Shown piece after piece: positions 13,901 through 30,400 of a stretch of 64,000 nucleotides of DNA. The position numbers were made by a program, and so were the translations under genes. The stretch's first letter is position 1. Each line of letters begins with the position of its first letter. The notes beneath the pieces are model-generated. The model did no database searches, had not been told where the DNA came from, and was given only the letters and a program-made list of their open reading frames with translations. This DNA is from Eledone cirrhosa (taxonomy: Eukaryota), in NCBI GenBank assembly GCA_964016885.1, contig OZ024741.1, forward strand, positions 11,470,001 through 11,534,000. The letters run 5' to 3'.

Positions 13901-16900
13901 GAGTGACATACACACATCTACTGAGTTACATACACGCACATCTACTGAGTTACATACATACACCTACTGAGCTACATACACACACATCTACTGAGTTACA
14001 TACACCGACATCTACTGTGTTACATATACACACATCTACTGAGTTACATACACACAAATCTACTGAGTTACATACACACACATCTAATGAGTTACATACA
14101 CGCACATCTACTGAGTTACATACATACATCTACGGAGTTACATACATACACATCTACTGAGTTATATAAACACACATCTACTTAGTTACATACAGACACA
14201 TCTACTGAGTTACATACACACCTCTACAGAGTTACATACAGACACATCTACTGAGTTACATATACACATCTACTAAGCTACATATACACACATCTACTGA
14301 GTTACAGACACACATCTACTGAGTTACATACACACATCTACTGAGTTACATACACACACATCTACTGAGTTACATACACACATCTACTGAGTTACATACA
14401 CACATATCTACTGAGTTACATATACACATATCTACCGAGTTACATACACATATCTACTGAGTTACATACACACACACAACTACTGAGTTCCATGCACACT
14501 ACTCCTGAGTTACATACACTCACATCTACTGAGTTACATACACTCACATCTACTGAGTTACATACACACACATCTACTGAGTTACATACACATATCTACT
14601 GAGTTACATACACACACAACTACTGAGTTACATGCACACATCTACTGAGTTACATACACACATATCTACTGAGTTACATACACACCTCTACTTAGTTACA
14701 TACACACATCTGCTGAGTTGCATACACACACATCTACTGAGTTACATACACACACATCTACTGTGTTACATACACACACATCTACTGAGTCACATACATA
14801 CATCTACTGAATTAAATACACACACATCTACTGAGTTACATACACACGCATCTACTGAGTTACATACACACATGTACTGAATTAGATACACGCACATCTA
14901 CTGAGTTACATACACACACATCTACTGAGTTACATACACACACATCTCCTAAGTTATATACACACATCAACTGAGTTACATACACACACATCTACTGAGT
15001 TACATACAGACATATCTACTGAGTTACATACACACATCTACTGAGTTACATACACGCACATCTACTGAGTTACATACACACATCTACTGAGTTACATACA
15101 TACATCTACTGAGTTACATACACACACATCTACTGAGTTACATACACAAACATCTACTGAGTTACATATACACACATCTACTGTGTTACATACACACACA
15201 TCTACTGAGTTACATACACACATCTACTGAGTTACATAAACACATATCTACGGAGTTACATACACACACATCTACTGAGTTACATAGACACACATCTACT
15301 GAGTTACATACACAAACATCTACTGAGTTACATACACATCTACTGTGTTACATACACACACATCTACTGAGTCACATACATACATCTACTGAATAACATA
15401 CACACACATCTACTGAGTAACATACACACGCATCTACTGAGTTACATATACACACATCCACTGAGCTACATACACACACCTCTACTGAGTTACATACACA
15501 CATCTACTGAGTTACATACACGCACATCTACTGAGTTACATACATACATCTACAGAGTTACATACACACACATCTACTGACTTACATATACCCACATCTA
15601 CTGAGTTACATACACACACATCTACTGAGTTACATACACACATACAACTACTGAGTTACATATACACATATCTACTGAGTTACATACACACATCTACTGA
15701 GTTACATACACACATACAACTACTGTTGTTACATATACACATATCTACTGAGTTACATACACATATCTACTCAGTTACATATACACACACAACTACTGAG
15801 TTACATGCAAACATCTACTGAGTTACATACAGACATATCTACTGAGTTACATACACACATCTACTTAGTTACATACACACATCTACTGAGTTACATACAT
15901 ACACATCTACTGAGTTACATACACTGGCATCTACTGAGTTACATACACACATATCTACTGAGTTACATACACGCACATCTATTGAGTCACATACACACAC
16001 ATCTACTGAGTTACATACACACACCTCTGCTGAGTTACATACACACACAACTACTGAGTTACATATACACACACATCTACTGAGTTACATACACACATCT
16101 ACTGAGTTACATACACTCACATCTACCGAGTTACATACACTCACATCTACTCAGTTACATACACACACATCTACTGAGTTACATATACACACATCTACTG
16201 AGTTACATACACACATCTACTGAGTTACATATACACACATCCACTGAGTTACATACACACACCTCTACTGAGTTACATACATACACATCTACTGAGTTAC
16301 ATACATACACATCTACTGAGTTATTTACACTCACATCTACTGAGTTACATACACTCACATCTACTGAGTTACATACACACATCTACTGAGTTACCTACAC
16401 ACACACATCTACTGTGTCAAATACATACACATCTACTGAGTTACATACACACATCTACTGAATTACGTACACACACATCTACTGAGTTATATACACACGC
16501 ATCTACTGAGTTACATACACACATCTGCTGAGTTACATACACACACATCTACTGAGTTACATACACACACATCCACTGAGTTACATACATACACATCTAC
16601 TTAGTTACATACACACACATCTACTGAGTTAAATACACACACATCTACTGAGTTATATATACACACATCCACTGAGTTACATACACGCACATCTACTGAG
16701 TTACATACATACACCTACTGAGCTACATACACACACATCTACTGAGTTACATACACCGACATCTACTGTGTTACATATACACACATCTACTGAGTTACAT
16801 ACACACAAATCTACTGAGTTACATACACGCACATCTACTGAGTTACATACATACATCTACGGAGTTACATACATACACATCTACTGAGTTATATAAACAC

Positions 16901-19900
16901 ACATCTACTGAGTTACATACAGACACATCTACTGAGTTACATACACACCTCTACAGAGTTACATACAGACACATCTACTGAGTTACATACACACACACAA
17001 CTACTGAGTTCCATGCACATTACTCCTGAGTTACATACACTCACATCTACTGAGTTACATACACTCACATCTACTGAGTTACATACACACACATCTACTG
17101 AGTTACATACACATATCTACTGAGTTACATACACACGCAACTACTGAGTTACATGCACACATCTACTGAGTTACATACACACATATCTATTGAGTTACAT
17201 ACACACCTCTACTTAGTTACATACACACATCTGCTGAGTTGCATACACACACATCTACTGAGTTACATACACACACATCTACTGTGTTACATACACACAC
17301 ATCTACTGAGTCACATACATACATCTACTGAATTACATACACACACATCTACTGAGTTACATACACACGCATCTACTGAGTTACATACACACATGTACTG
17401 AATTAGATACACGCACATCTACTGAGTTACATACGCACACATCTACTGAGTTACATACACACACATCTCCTAAGTTATATACACACATCTACTGAGTTAC
17501 ATACACACACATCTACTGAGTTACATACAGACATATCTACTGAGTTACATACACACATCTACTGAGTTACATACACGCACATCTACTGAGTTACATACAC
17601 ACACCTACTGAGTTACATACATACATCTACTGAGTTACATACACACACATCTACTGAGTTACATACACAAACATCTACTGAGTTACATATACACACATCT
17701 ACTGTGTTACATACACACACATCTACTGAGTTACATACACACATCTACTGAGTTACATAAACATATATCTACGGAGTTACATACACACACATCTACTGAG
17801 TTACATAGACACACATCTACTGAGTTACATACACAAACATCTACTGAGTTACATACACATCTACTGTGTTACATACACACACATCTACTGAGTCACATAC
17901 ATACATCTACTGAATAACATACACACACATCTACTGAGTAACATACACACGCATCTACTGAGTTACATATACACACATCCACTGAGCTACATAACACACC
18001 TCTACTGAGTTACATACACACATCTACTGAGTTACATACACGCACATCTACTGAGTTACATACATACATCTACAGAGTTACATACACACACATCTACTGA
18101 CTTACATATACCCACATCTACTGAGTTACATACACACACATCTACTGACTTACATACAGACATATCTACTGAGTTACATACACACATCTACTGAGTTACA
18201 TACACGCACATCTACTGAGTTACATACACACATCTACTGAGTTACATACATACATCTACTGAGTTACATACACACACATCTACTGAGTTACATACACAAA
18301 CATCTACTGAGTTACATATACACACATCTACTGTGTTACATACACACACATCTACTGAGTTACATACACACATCTACTGAGTTACATAAACACATATCTA
18401 CGGAGTTACATACACACACATCTACTGAGTTACATAGACACACATCTACTGAGTTACATACACAAACATCTACTGAGTTACATACACATCTACTGTGTTA
18501 CATACACACACATCTACTGAGTCACAAACATACATCTACTGAATAACATACACACACATCTACTGAGTAACATACACACGCATCTACTGAGTTACATATA
18601 CACACATCCACTGAGCTACATACACACACCTCTACTGAGTTACATACACACATCTACTGAGTTACATACACGCACATCTACTGAGTTACATACATACATC
18701 TACAGAGTTACATACACACACATCTACTGACTTACATATACCCACATCTACTGAGTTACATACACACACATCTACTGAGTTACATACACACATACAACTA
18801 CTGAGTTACATATACACATATCTACTGAGTTACATACACACATCTACTGAGTTACATACACACATACAACTACTGTTGTTACATATACACATATCTACTG
18901 AGTTACATACACATATCTACTCAGTTACATATACACACACAACTACTGAGTTACATGCAAACATCTACTGAGTTACATACAGACATATCTACTGAGTTAC
19001 ATACACACATCTACTTAGTTACATACACACATCTACTGTGTTACATACACTGGCATCTACTGAGTTACATACACACATATCTACTGAGTTACAAACACGC
19101 ACATCTATTGAGTCACATACACACACATCTACTGAGTTACATACACACACCTCTGCTGAGTTACATACACACACAACTACTGAGTTACATATACACACAC
19201 ATCTACTGAGTTACATACACACATCTACTGAGTTACATACACTCACATCTACCGAGTTACATACACTCACATCTACTCAGTTACATACACACACATCTAC
19301 TGAGTTACATATACACACATCTACTGAGTTACATACACACATCTACTGAGTTACATATACACACATCCACTGAGTTACATACACACACCTCTACTGAGTT
19401 ACATACATACACATCTACTGAGTTACATACATACACATCTACTGAGTTATTTACACTCACATCTACTGAGTTACATACACACATCTACTGAGTTACCTAC
19501 ACACACACATCTACTGTGTCAAATACATACACATCTACTGAGTTACATACACACATCTACTGAATTACGTACACACACATCTACTGAGTTATATACACAC
19601 GCATCTACTGAGTTACATACACACATCTGCTGAGTTACATACACACACATCTACTGAGTTACATACACACACATCCACTGAGTTACATACATACACATCT
19701 ACTTAGTTACATACACACACATCTACTGAGTTAAATACACACACATCTACTGAGTTACATATACACACATCCACTGAGTTACATACACGCACATCTACTG
19801 AGTTACATACATACACCTACTGAGCTACATACACACACATCTACTGAGTTACATACACCGACATCTACTGTGTTACATATACACACATCTACTGAGTTAC

Positions 19901-21400
19901 ATACACACAAATCTACTGAGTTACATACACACACATCTAATGAGTTACATACACGCACATCTACTGAGTTACATACATACATCTACGGAGTTACATACAT
20001 ACACATCTACTGAGTTATATAAACACACATCTACTGAGTTACATACAGACACATCTACTGAGTTACATACACACCTCTACAGAGTTACATACAGACACAT
20101 CTACTGAGTTACATATACACATCTACTAAGCTACATATACACACATCTACTGAGTTACAGACACACATCTACTGAGTTACATACACACATCTACTGAGTT
20201 ACATACACACACATCTACTGAGTTACATACACACATCTACTGAGTTACATACACACATATCTACTGAGTTACATATACACATATCTACCGAGTTACATAC
20301 ACATATCTACTGAGTTACATACACACACATCTCCTAAGTTATATACACACATCTACTGAGTTACATACACACACATCTACTGAGTTACATACAGACATAT
20401 CTACTGAGTTACATACACACATCTACGGAGTTACATACACGCACATCTACTGAGTTACATACACACATCTACTGAGTTACATACATACATCTACTGAGTT
20501 ACATACACACACATCTACTGAGTTACATACACAAACATCTACTGAGTTACATATACACACATCTACTGTGTTACATACACACACATCTACTGAGTTACAT
20601 ACACACATCTACTGAGTTACATAAACATATATCTACGGAGTTACATACACACACATCTACTGAGTTACATAGACACACATCTACTGAGTTACATACACAA
20701 ACATCTACTGAGTTACATACACATCTACTGTGTTACATACACACACATCTACTGAGTCACATACATACATCTACTGAATAACATACACACACATCTACTG
20801 AGTAACATACACACGCATCTACTGAGTTACATACACACATCTACTGAGTTACATACACGCACATCTACTGAGTTACATACATACATCTACAGAGTTACAT
20901 ACACACACATCTACTGACTTACATATACCCACATCTACTGAGTTACATACACACACATCTACTGAGTTACATACACACATACAACTACTGAGTTACATAT
21001 ACACATATCTACTGAGTTACATACACACATCTACTGAGTTACATACACACATACAACTACTGTTGTTACATATACACATATCTACTGAGTTACATACACA
21101 TATCTACTCAGTTACATATACACACACAACTACTGAGTTACATGCAAACATCTACTGAGTTACATACACACATATCTACTGAGTTACATACACACATCTA
21201 CTTAGTTACATACACACATCTACTGAGTTACATACATACACATCTACTGAGTTACATACACTGGCATCTACTGAGTTACATACACACATATCTACTGAGT
21301 TACATACACGCACATCTATTGAGTCACATACACACACATCTACTGAGTTACATACACACACATCAACCGAGATACATACACACATCTACAGAGTTACATA
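1942..21400 (+). repeat. Proximal satellite domain with irregular 2.2-4.0 kb higher-order repeats
   Basis: The marker CATGCAAACA recurs at ~5504, 9365, 11828, 15805, 18955 and 21142 (spacings 3861, 2463, 3977, 3150, 2187). It travels with TACTGTTGTTAC and TATACCCACA, and usually with CACTGGCATC. Confidence 0.8.
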
Positions 21401-24400
21401 CACACACATCTACAGAGTTATATACACACACATCTACTGAGTTACATACACTCACATCTACTGTGTTAAATAAACATATCTACTGAGTTACATACACACA
21501 CATCTACTGAGTTACATACACACATATCTACTGAGTTACATACACAAACATCTACTGAGTTATATACACACACATCTACTGAATTACATACACACACATC
21601 TACTGAGTTACATATACACACATCCACTGAGTTACATACACAAACCTCTAATGAGTTACATACATACACATCTACTGAGTTACATACATACACATCTACT
21701 GAGTTATTTACACTCACATCTACTGAGTTACATACACTCACATCTACTGAGTTACATACACACATCTACTGAGTTACATACACACACACATCTACTGAGT
21801 TACATACACTCACATCTACTGAGTTACATACACACATCTACTGAGTTACATACACACACATCTACTGAGTTATATACACACATATCTACTGAGTTACATA
21901 CACACACATCTATTGAGTTACATACACACACATCTACTGTGTCAAATACATACACATCTACTGAGTTACATACACACATCTACTGAATTACGTACACACA
22001 CATCTACTGAGTTATATACACACGCATCTACTGAGTTACATACACACATCTGCTGAGTTACATACACACACATCTACTGAGTTACATACACACACATCCA
22101 CTGAGTTACATACATACACATCTACTTAGTTACATACACACACATCTACTGAGTTAAATACACACACATCTACTGAGTTACATATACACACATCCACTGA
22201 GTTACATACACACACCTCTACTGAGTGACATACACACATCTACTGAGTTACATACACGCACATCTACTGAGTTACATACATACACCTACTGAGCTACATA
22301 CACACACATCTACTGAGTTACATACACCGACATCTACTGTGTTACATATACACACATCTACTGAGTTACATACACACAAATCTACTGAGTTACATACACA
22401 CACATCTAATGAGTTACATACACGCACATCTACTGAGTTACATACATACATCTACTGAGTTACATACATACACATCTACTGAGTTATATAAACACACATC
22501 TACTGAGTTACATACAGACACATCTACTGAGTTACATACACACCTCTACAGAGTTACATACAGACACATCTACTGAGTTACATATACACATCTACTAATC
22601 TACATATACACACATCTACTGAGTTACAGACACACATCTACTGAGTTACATACACACATCTACTGAGTTACATACACACACATCTACTGAGTTACATACA
22701 CACATCTACTGAGTTACATACACACATATCTACTGAGTTACATATACACATATCTACCGAGTTACATACACATATCTACTGAGTTACATACACACACACA
22801 ACTACTGAGTTCCGTGCACACTACTCCTGAGTTACATACACTCACATCTACTGAGTTACATACACTCACATCTACTGAGTTACATACACACACATCTACT
22901 GAGTTACATACACATATCTACTGAGTTACATACACACACAACTACTGAGTTACATGCACACATCTACTGAGTTACATACACACATATCTACTGAGTTACA
23001 TACACACCTCTACTTAGTTACATACACACATCTACTGAGTTGCATACACACACATCTACTGTGTTACATACACACACATCTACTGAGTCACATACATACA
23101 TCTACTGAATTACATACACACACATCTACTGAGTTACATACACACGCATCTACTGAGTCACATACACACATCTACTGAATTACATACACGCACATCTACT
23201 GAGTTACATACACACACATCTACTGAGTTACATACACACACATCTCCTATGTTATATACACACATCTACTGAGTTACATACACACACATCTACTGAGTTA
23301 CATACAGACATATCTACTGAGTTACATACACACATCTACTGAGTTACATACACGCACATCTACTGAGTTACATACACACATCTACTGAGTTACATACACA
23401 CACATCTACTGAGTTACATACATACATCTACTGAGTTACATACACACACATCTACTGAGTTACATACAAACACATCTACTGAGTTACATATACACACATT
23501 TCTGTGTTACATACACACACATCTACTGAGTTACATACACTCACATCTACTGAGTTACATACACACATATCTACTGAGTTACATACACACATCTAATGAG
23601 CTACATACACACATATCTACTGAGTTACATACACACATCTAGTGAGTTACATACACACATCTACTGAGTTACATACACACACATCTACTGAGTTACATAC
23701 ACACACCTCTACTGAGTTACATACACACATCCACTGTGTTACATACACGCACATCTACTGAGTTACATACATACATCTACTGAGTTACGTACGCTCACAT
23801 CTACTGAGTTACATACACACACATCTACAGAGTTACATATACACACATCTACTGAGTTGGATACACACATCTACTGAGTTACATATACACACATCTACTG
23901 TGTTACATACACACACCTCTACTGAGTTACATACATACACATCTATTGAGTTACATACACACACATCTACTGAGTTACATACACACACATCTACTAAGTT
24001 ACATACACACATCTACTGAGTTACATACACACAAATCTACTGAGTTACATACACACACATCTAATGAGTTACATACACGCACATCTACTGAGTTACATAC
24101 ATACATCTACTGAGTTACATACAGACACATCTACTGAGTTACATACACACCTCTACTGAGTTACATACACACACCATCTACTGAGTTACATACACACACA
24201 TCTTCTGAATTACATATACACACATCTACTGAGTTACATACACACACATCAACTGAGATACATACACACATCTACAGAGTTACATACAGACACATCTACT
24301 GAGTTACATATACACATCTACTAAGCTACATACACACACATCTACTGAGTTACAGACACACGTCTACTGAGTTACATACACACATCTACTGAGTTACATA

Positions 24401-27400
24401 CACACATCTACTGAGTTACATACACAAATCTACTGAGTTACATACACACATATCTACTGAGTTACATATACACATATCTACCGAGTTACATACACATATC
24501 TACTGAGTTACATACACACACACAACTACTGAGTTCCATGCACACTACTCCTGAGTTACATACACTCACATCTACTGAGTACATACACTCACATCTACTG
24601 AGTTACATACACACACATCTACTGAGTTACATACACATATCTACTGAGTTACATACACACACAACTACTGAGTTACATGCACACATCTACTGAGTTACAT
24701 ACACACATATCTACTGAGTTACATACACACCTCTACTTAGTTACATACACACATCTACTGAGTTGCATACATACACATCTACTGAGTTACATACACTCAC
24801 ATCTACTGAGTTACATACACACACATCTACTGAATCACATACATACATCAACTAAATTACATACACACACATCTACTGAGTTACATACACACGCATCTAC
24901 TGAGTTACATACACACTACTGCTGAGTTACATACACACACATCTACTGAGTTACATACACACACATCTACTGTGTTACATACACACACATCTACTGAGTC
25001 ACATACATACATCTACTGAATTACATACACGCACATCTACTGAGTTACATACACACACATCTACTGAGTTACATACACACACATCTCCTAAGTTATATAC
25101 ACACATCTACTGAGTTACATACACACACATCTACTGAGTTACATACAGACATATCTACTGAGTTACATACACACATCTACTGAGTTACATACACGCACAT
25201 CTACTGAGTTACATACACACATCTACTGAGTTACATACACACACATCTACTGAGTTACATACATACATCTACTGAGTTACATACACGCACATCTACTGAG
25301 TTACATACAAACACATCTACTGAGTTACATATACACACATTTCTGTGTTACATACACACACATCTACTGAGTTACATACACTCACATCTACTGAGTTACA
25401 TACACACATATCTACTGAGTTACATACACACATCTAATGAGCTACATACACACATATCTACTGAGTTACATACACACATCTAGTGAGTTACATACACACA
25501 TCTACTGAGTTACGTACGCTCACATCTACTGAGTTACATACACACACATCTACAGAGTTACATATACACACATCTACTGAGTTGGATACACACATCTACT
25601 GAGTTACATATACACACATCTACTGTGTTACATACACACACCTCTACTGAGTTACGTACATACACATCTATTGAGTTACATACACACACATCTACTGAGT
25701 TACATACACACACATCTACTAAGTTACATACACACATCTACTGAGTTACATACACACAAATCTACTGAGTTACATACACACACATCTAATGAGTTACATA
25801 CACGCACATCTACTGAGTTACATACATACATCTACTGAGTTACATACAGACACATCTACTGAGTTACATACACACCTCTACTGAGTTACATACACACACC
25901 ATCTACTGAGTTACATACACACACATCTTCTGAATTACATATACACACATCTACTGAGTTACATACACACACATCAACTGAGATACATACACACATCTAC
26001 AGAGTTACATACAGACACATCTACTGAGTTACATATACACATCTACTAAGCTACATACACACACATCTACTGAGTTACAGACACACATCTACTGAGTTAC
26101 ATACACACACATCAACCGAGATACATACACACATCTACAGAGTTACATACACGCACATCTACAGAGTTATATACACACACATCTACTGAGTTACATACAC
26201 ACAAATCTACTGTGTTACATATACACACATCCACTGAGTTACATACACACACCTCTACTGAGTTACATACACACATCTACTCAGTTACATACACGCACAT
26301 CTACTGAGTTGCATACACACACATCTACTGAGTTACATGAATGCATCTACTGAGTTACATACACACACATCTACTGAGTTACATACACACACATCTACTG
26401 AGTTACATACACACACATCTACTCAGTTACATATACACATATCTACTGAGTTACATACACACAAATCTACTGAGTTACATACACACACATCTACTGAGTT
26501 ACATACACACACACAACTACTGAGTTACATACACACATCTACTGAGTTACATACACACACATCAACCGAGATACATACACACATCTACAGAGTTACATAC
26601 ACACACATCTACAGAGTTATATACACACACATCTACTGAGTTACATACACTCACATCTACTGTGTTAAATAAACATATCTACTGAGTTACATACATACAC
26701 AGCTATTGAGTTCCATACACACATCTACTGAGTTACATACACACATATCTACTGAGTTACATACACACATCTACTTAGTTACATACACACATCTACTGAG
26801 TTACATACATACACATATATTGAGTTACATACACACACATCTACTGAGTTACATACACACATATCTACTGAGTTACATACACAAACATCTACTGAGTTAT
26901 ATACACACACATCTACTGAATTACATACACACACATCTACTGAGTTACATATACACACATCCACTGAGTTACATACACAAACCTCTAATGAGTTACATAC
27001 ATACACATCTACTGAGTTACATACATACACATCTACTGAGTTATTTACACTCACATCTACTGAGTTACATACACTCACATCTACTGAGTTACATACACAC
27101 ATCTACTGAGTTACATACACACACACATCTACTGAGTTACATACACTCACATCTACTGAGTTACATACACACATCTACTGAGTTACATACACACACATCT
27201 ACTGAGTTATATACACACATATCTACTGAGTTACATACACACACATCTATTGAGTTACATACACACACATCTACTGTGTCAAATACATACACATCTACTG
27301 AGTTACATACACACATCTACTGAATTACGTACACACACATCTACTGAGTTATATACACACGCATCTACTGAGTTACATACACACATCTGCTGAGTTACAT

Positions 27401-30400
27401 ACACACACATCTACTGAGTTACATACACACACATCCACTGAGTTACATACATACACATCTACTTAGTTACATACACACACATCTACTGAGTTAAATACAC
27501 ACACATCTACTGAGTTACATATACACACATCCACTGAGTTACATAAACACACCTCTACTGAGTGACATACACACATCTACTGAGTTACATACACGCACAT
27601 CTACTGAGTTACATACATACACCTACTGAGCTACATACACACACATCTACTGAGTTACATACACCGACATCTACTGTGTTACATATACACACATCTACTG
27701 AGTTACATACACACAAATCTACTGAGTTACATACACACACATCTAATGAGTTACATACACGCACATCTACTGAGTTACATACATACATCTACTGAGTTAC
27801 ATACATACACATCTACTGAGTTATATAAACACACATCTACTGAGTTACATACAGACACATCTACTGAGTTACATACACACCTCTACAGAGTTACATACAG
27901 ACACATCTACTGAGTTACATATACACATCTACTAATCTACATATACACACATCTACTGAGTTACAGACACACATCTACTGAGTTACATACACACATCTAC
28001 TGAGTTACATACACACACATCTACTGAGTTACATACACACATCTACTGAGTTACATACACACATATCTACTGAGTTACATATACACATATCTACCGAGTT
28101 ACATACACATATCTACTGAGTTACATACACACACACAACTACTGAGTTCCGTGCACACTACTCCTGAGTTACATACACTCACATCTACTGAGTTACATAC
28201 ACTCACATCTACTGAGTTACATACACACACATCTACTGAGTTACATACACATATCTACTGAGTTACATACACACACAACTACTGAGTTACATGCACACAT
28301 CTACTGAGTTACATACACACATATCTACTGAGTTACATACACACCTCTACTTAGTTACATACACACATCTACTGAGTTGCATACACACACATCTACAGTG
28401 TTACATACACACACATCTACTGAGTCACATACATACATCTACTGAATTACATACACACACATCTACTGAGTTACATACACACGCATCTACTGAGTCACAT
28501 ACACACATCTACTGAATTACATACACGCACATCTACTGAGTTACATACACACACATCTACTGAGTTACATACACACACATCTCCTAAGTTATATACACAC
28601 ATCTACTGAGTTACATACACACACATCTACTGAGTTACATACAGACATATCTACTGAGTTACATACACACATCTACTGAGTTACATACACGCACATCTAC
28701 TGAGTTACATACACACATCTACTGAGTTACATACACACACATCTACTGAGTTACATACATACATCTACTGAGTTACATACACACACATCTACTGAGTTAC
28801 ATACAAACACATCTACTGAGTTACATATACACACATTTCTGTGTTACATACACACACATCTACTGAGTTACATACACTCACATCTACTGAGTTACATACA
28901 CACATATCTACTGAGTTACATACACACATCTAATGAGCTACATACACACATATCTACTGAGTTACATACACACATCTAGTGAGTTACATACACACATCTA
29001 CTGAGTTACATACACACACATCTACTGAGTTACATACACACACCTCTACTGAGTTACATACACACATCCACTGTGTTACATACACGCACATCTACTGAGT
29101 TACATACATACATCTACTGAGTTACGTACGCTCACATCTACTGAGTTACATACACACACATCTACAGAGTTACATATACACACATCTACTGAGTTGGATA
29201 CACACATCTACTGAGTTACATATACACACATCTACTGTGTTACATACACACACCTCTACTGAGTTACATACATACACATCTATTGAGTTACATACACACA
29301 CATCTACTGAGTTACATACACACACATCTACTAAGTTACATACACACATCTACTGAGTTACATACACACAAATCTACTGAGTTACATACACACACATCTA
29401 ATGAGTTACATACACGCACATCTACTGAGTTACATACATACATCTACTGAGTTACATACAGACACATCTACTGAGTTACATACACACCTCTACTGAGTTA
29501 CATACACACACCATCTACTGAGTTACATACACACACATCTTCTGAATTACATATACACACATCTACTGAGTTACATACACACACATCAACTGAGATACAT
29601 ACACACATCTACAGAGTTACATACAGACACATCTACTGAGTTACATATACACATCTACTAAGCTACATACACACACATCTACTGAGTTACAGACACACGT
29701 CTACTGAGTTACATACACACATCTACTGAGTTACATACACACATCTACTGAGTTACATACACAAATCTACTGAGTTACATACACACATATCTACTGAGTT
29801 ACATATACACATATCTACCGAGTTACATACACATATCTACTGAGTTACATACACACACACAACTACTGAGTTCCATGCACACTACTCCTGAGTTACATAC
29901 ACTCACATCTACTGAGTACATACACTCACATCTACTGAGTTACATACACACACATCTACTGAGTTACATACACATATCTACTGAGTTACATACACACACA
30001 ACTACTGAGTTACATGCACACATCTACTGAGTTACATACACACATATCTACTGAGTTACATACACACCTCTACTTAGTTACATACACACATCTACTGAGT
30101 TGCATACATACACATCTACTGAGTTACATACACTCACATCTACTGAGTTACATACACACACATCTACTGAATCACATACATACATCAACTAAATTACATA
30201 CACACACATTTACTGAGTTACATACACACGCATCTACTGAGTTACATACACACTACTGCTGAGTTACATACACACACATCTACTGAGTTACATACACACA
30301 CATCTACTGTGTTACATACACACACATCTACTGAGTCACATACATACATCTACTGAATTACATACACGCACATCTACTGAGTTACATACACACACATCTA

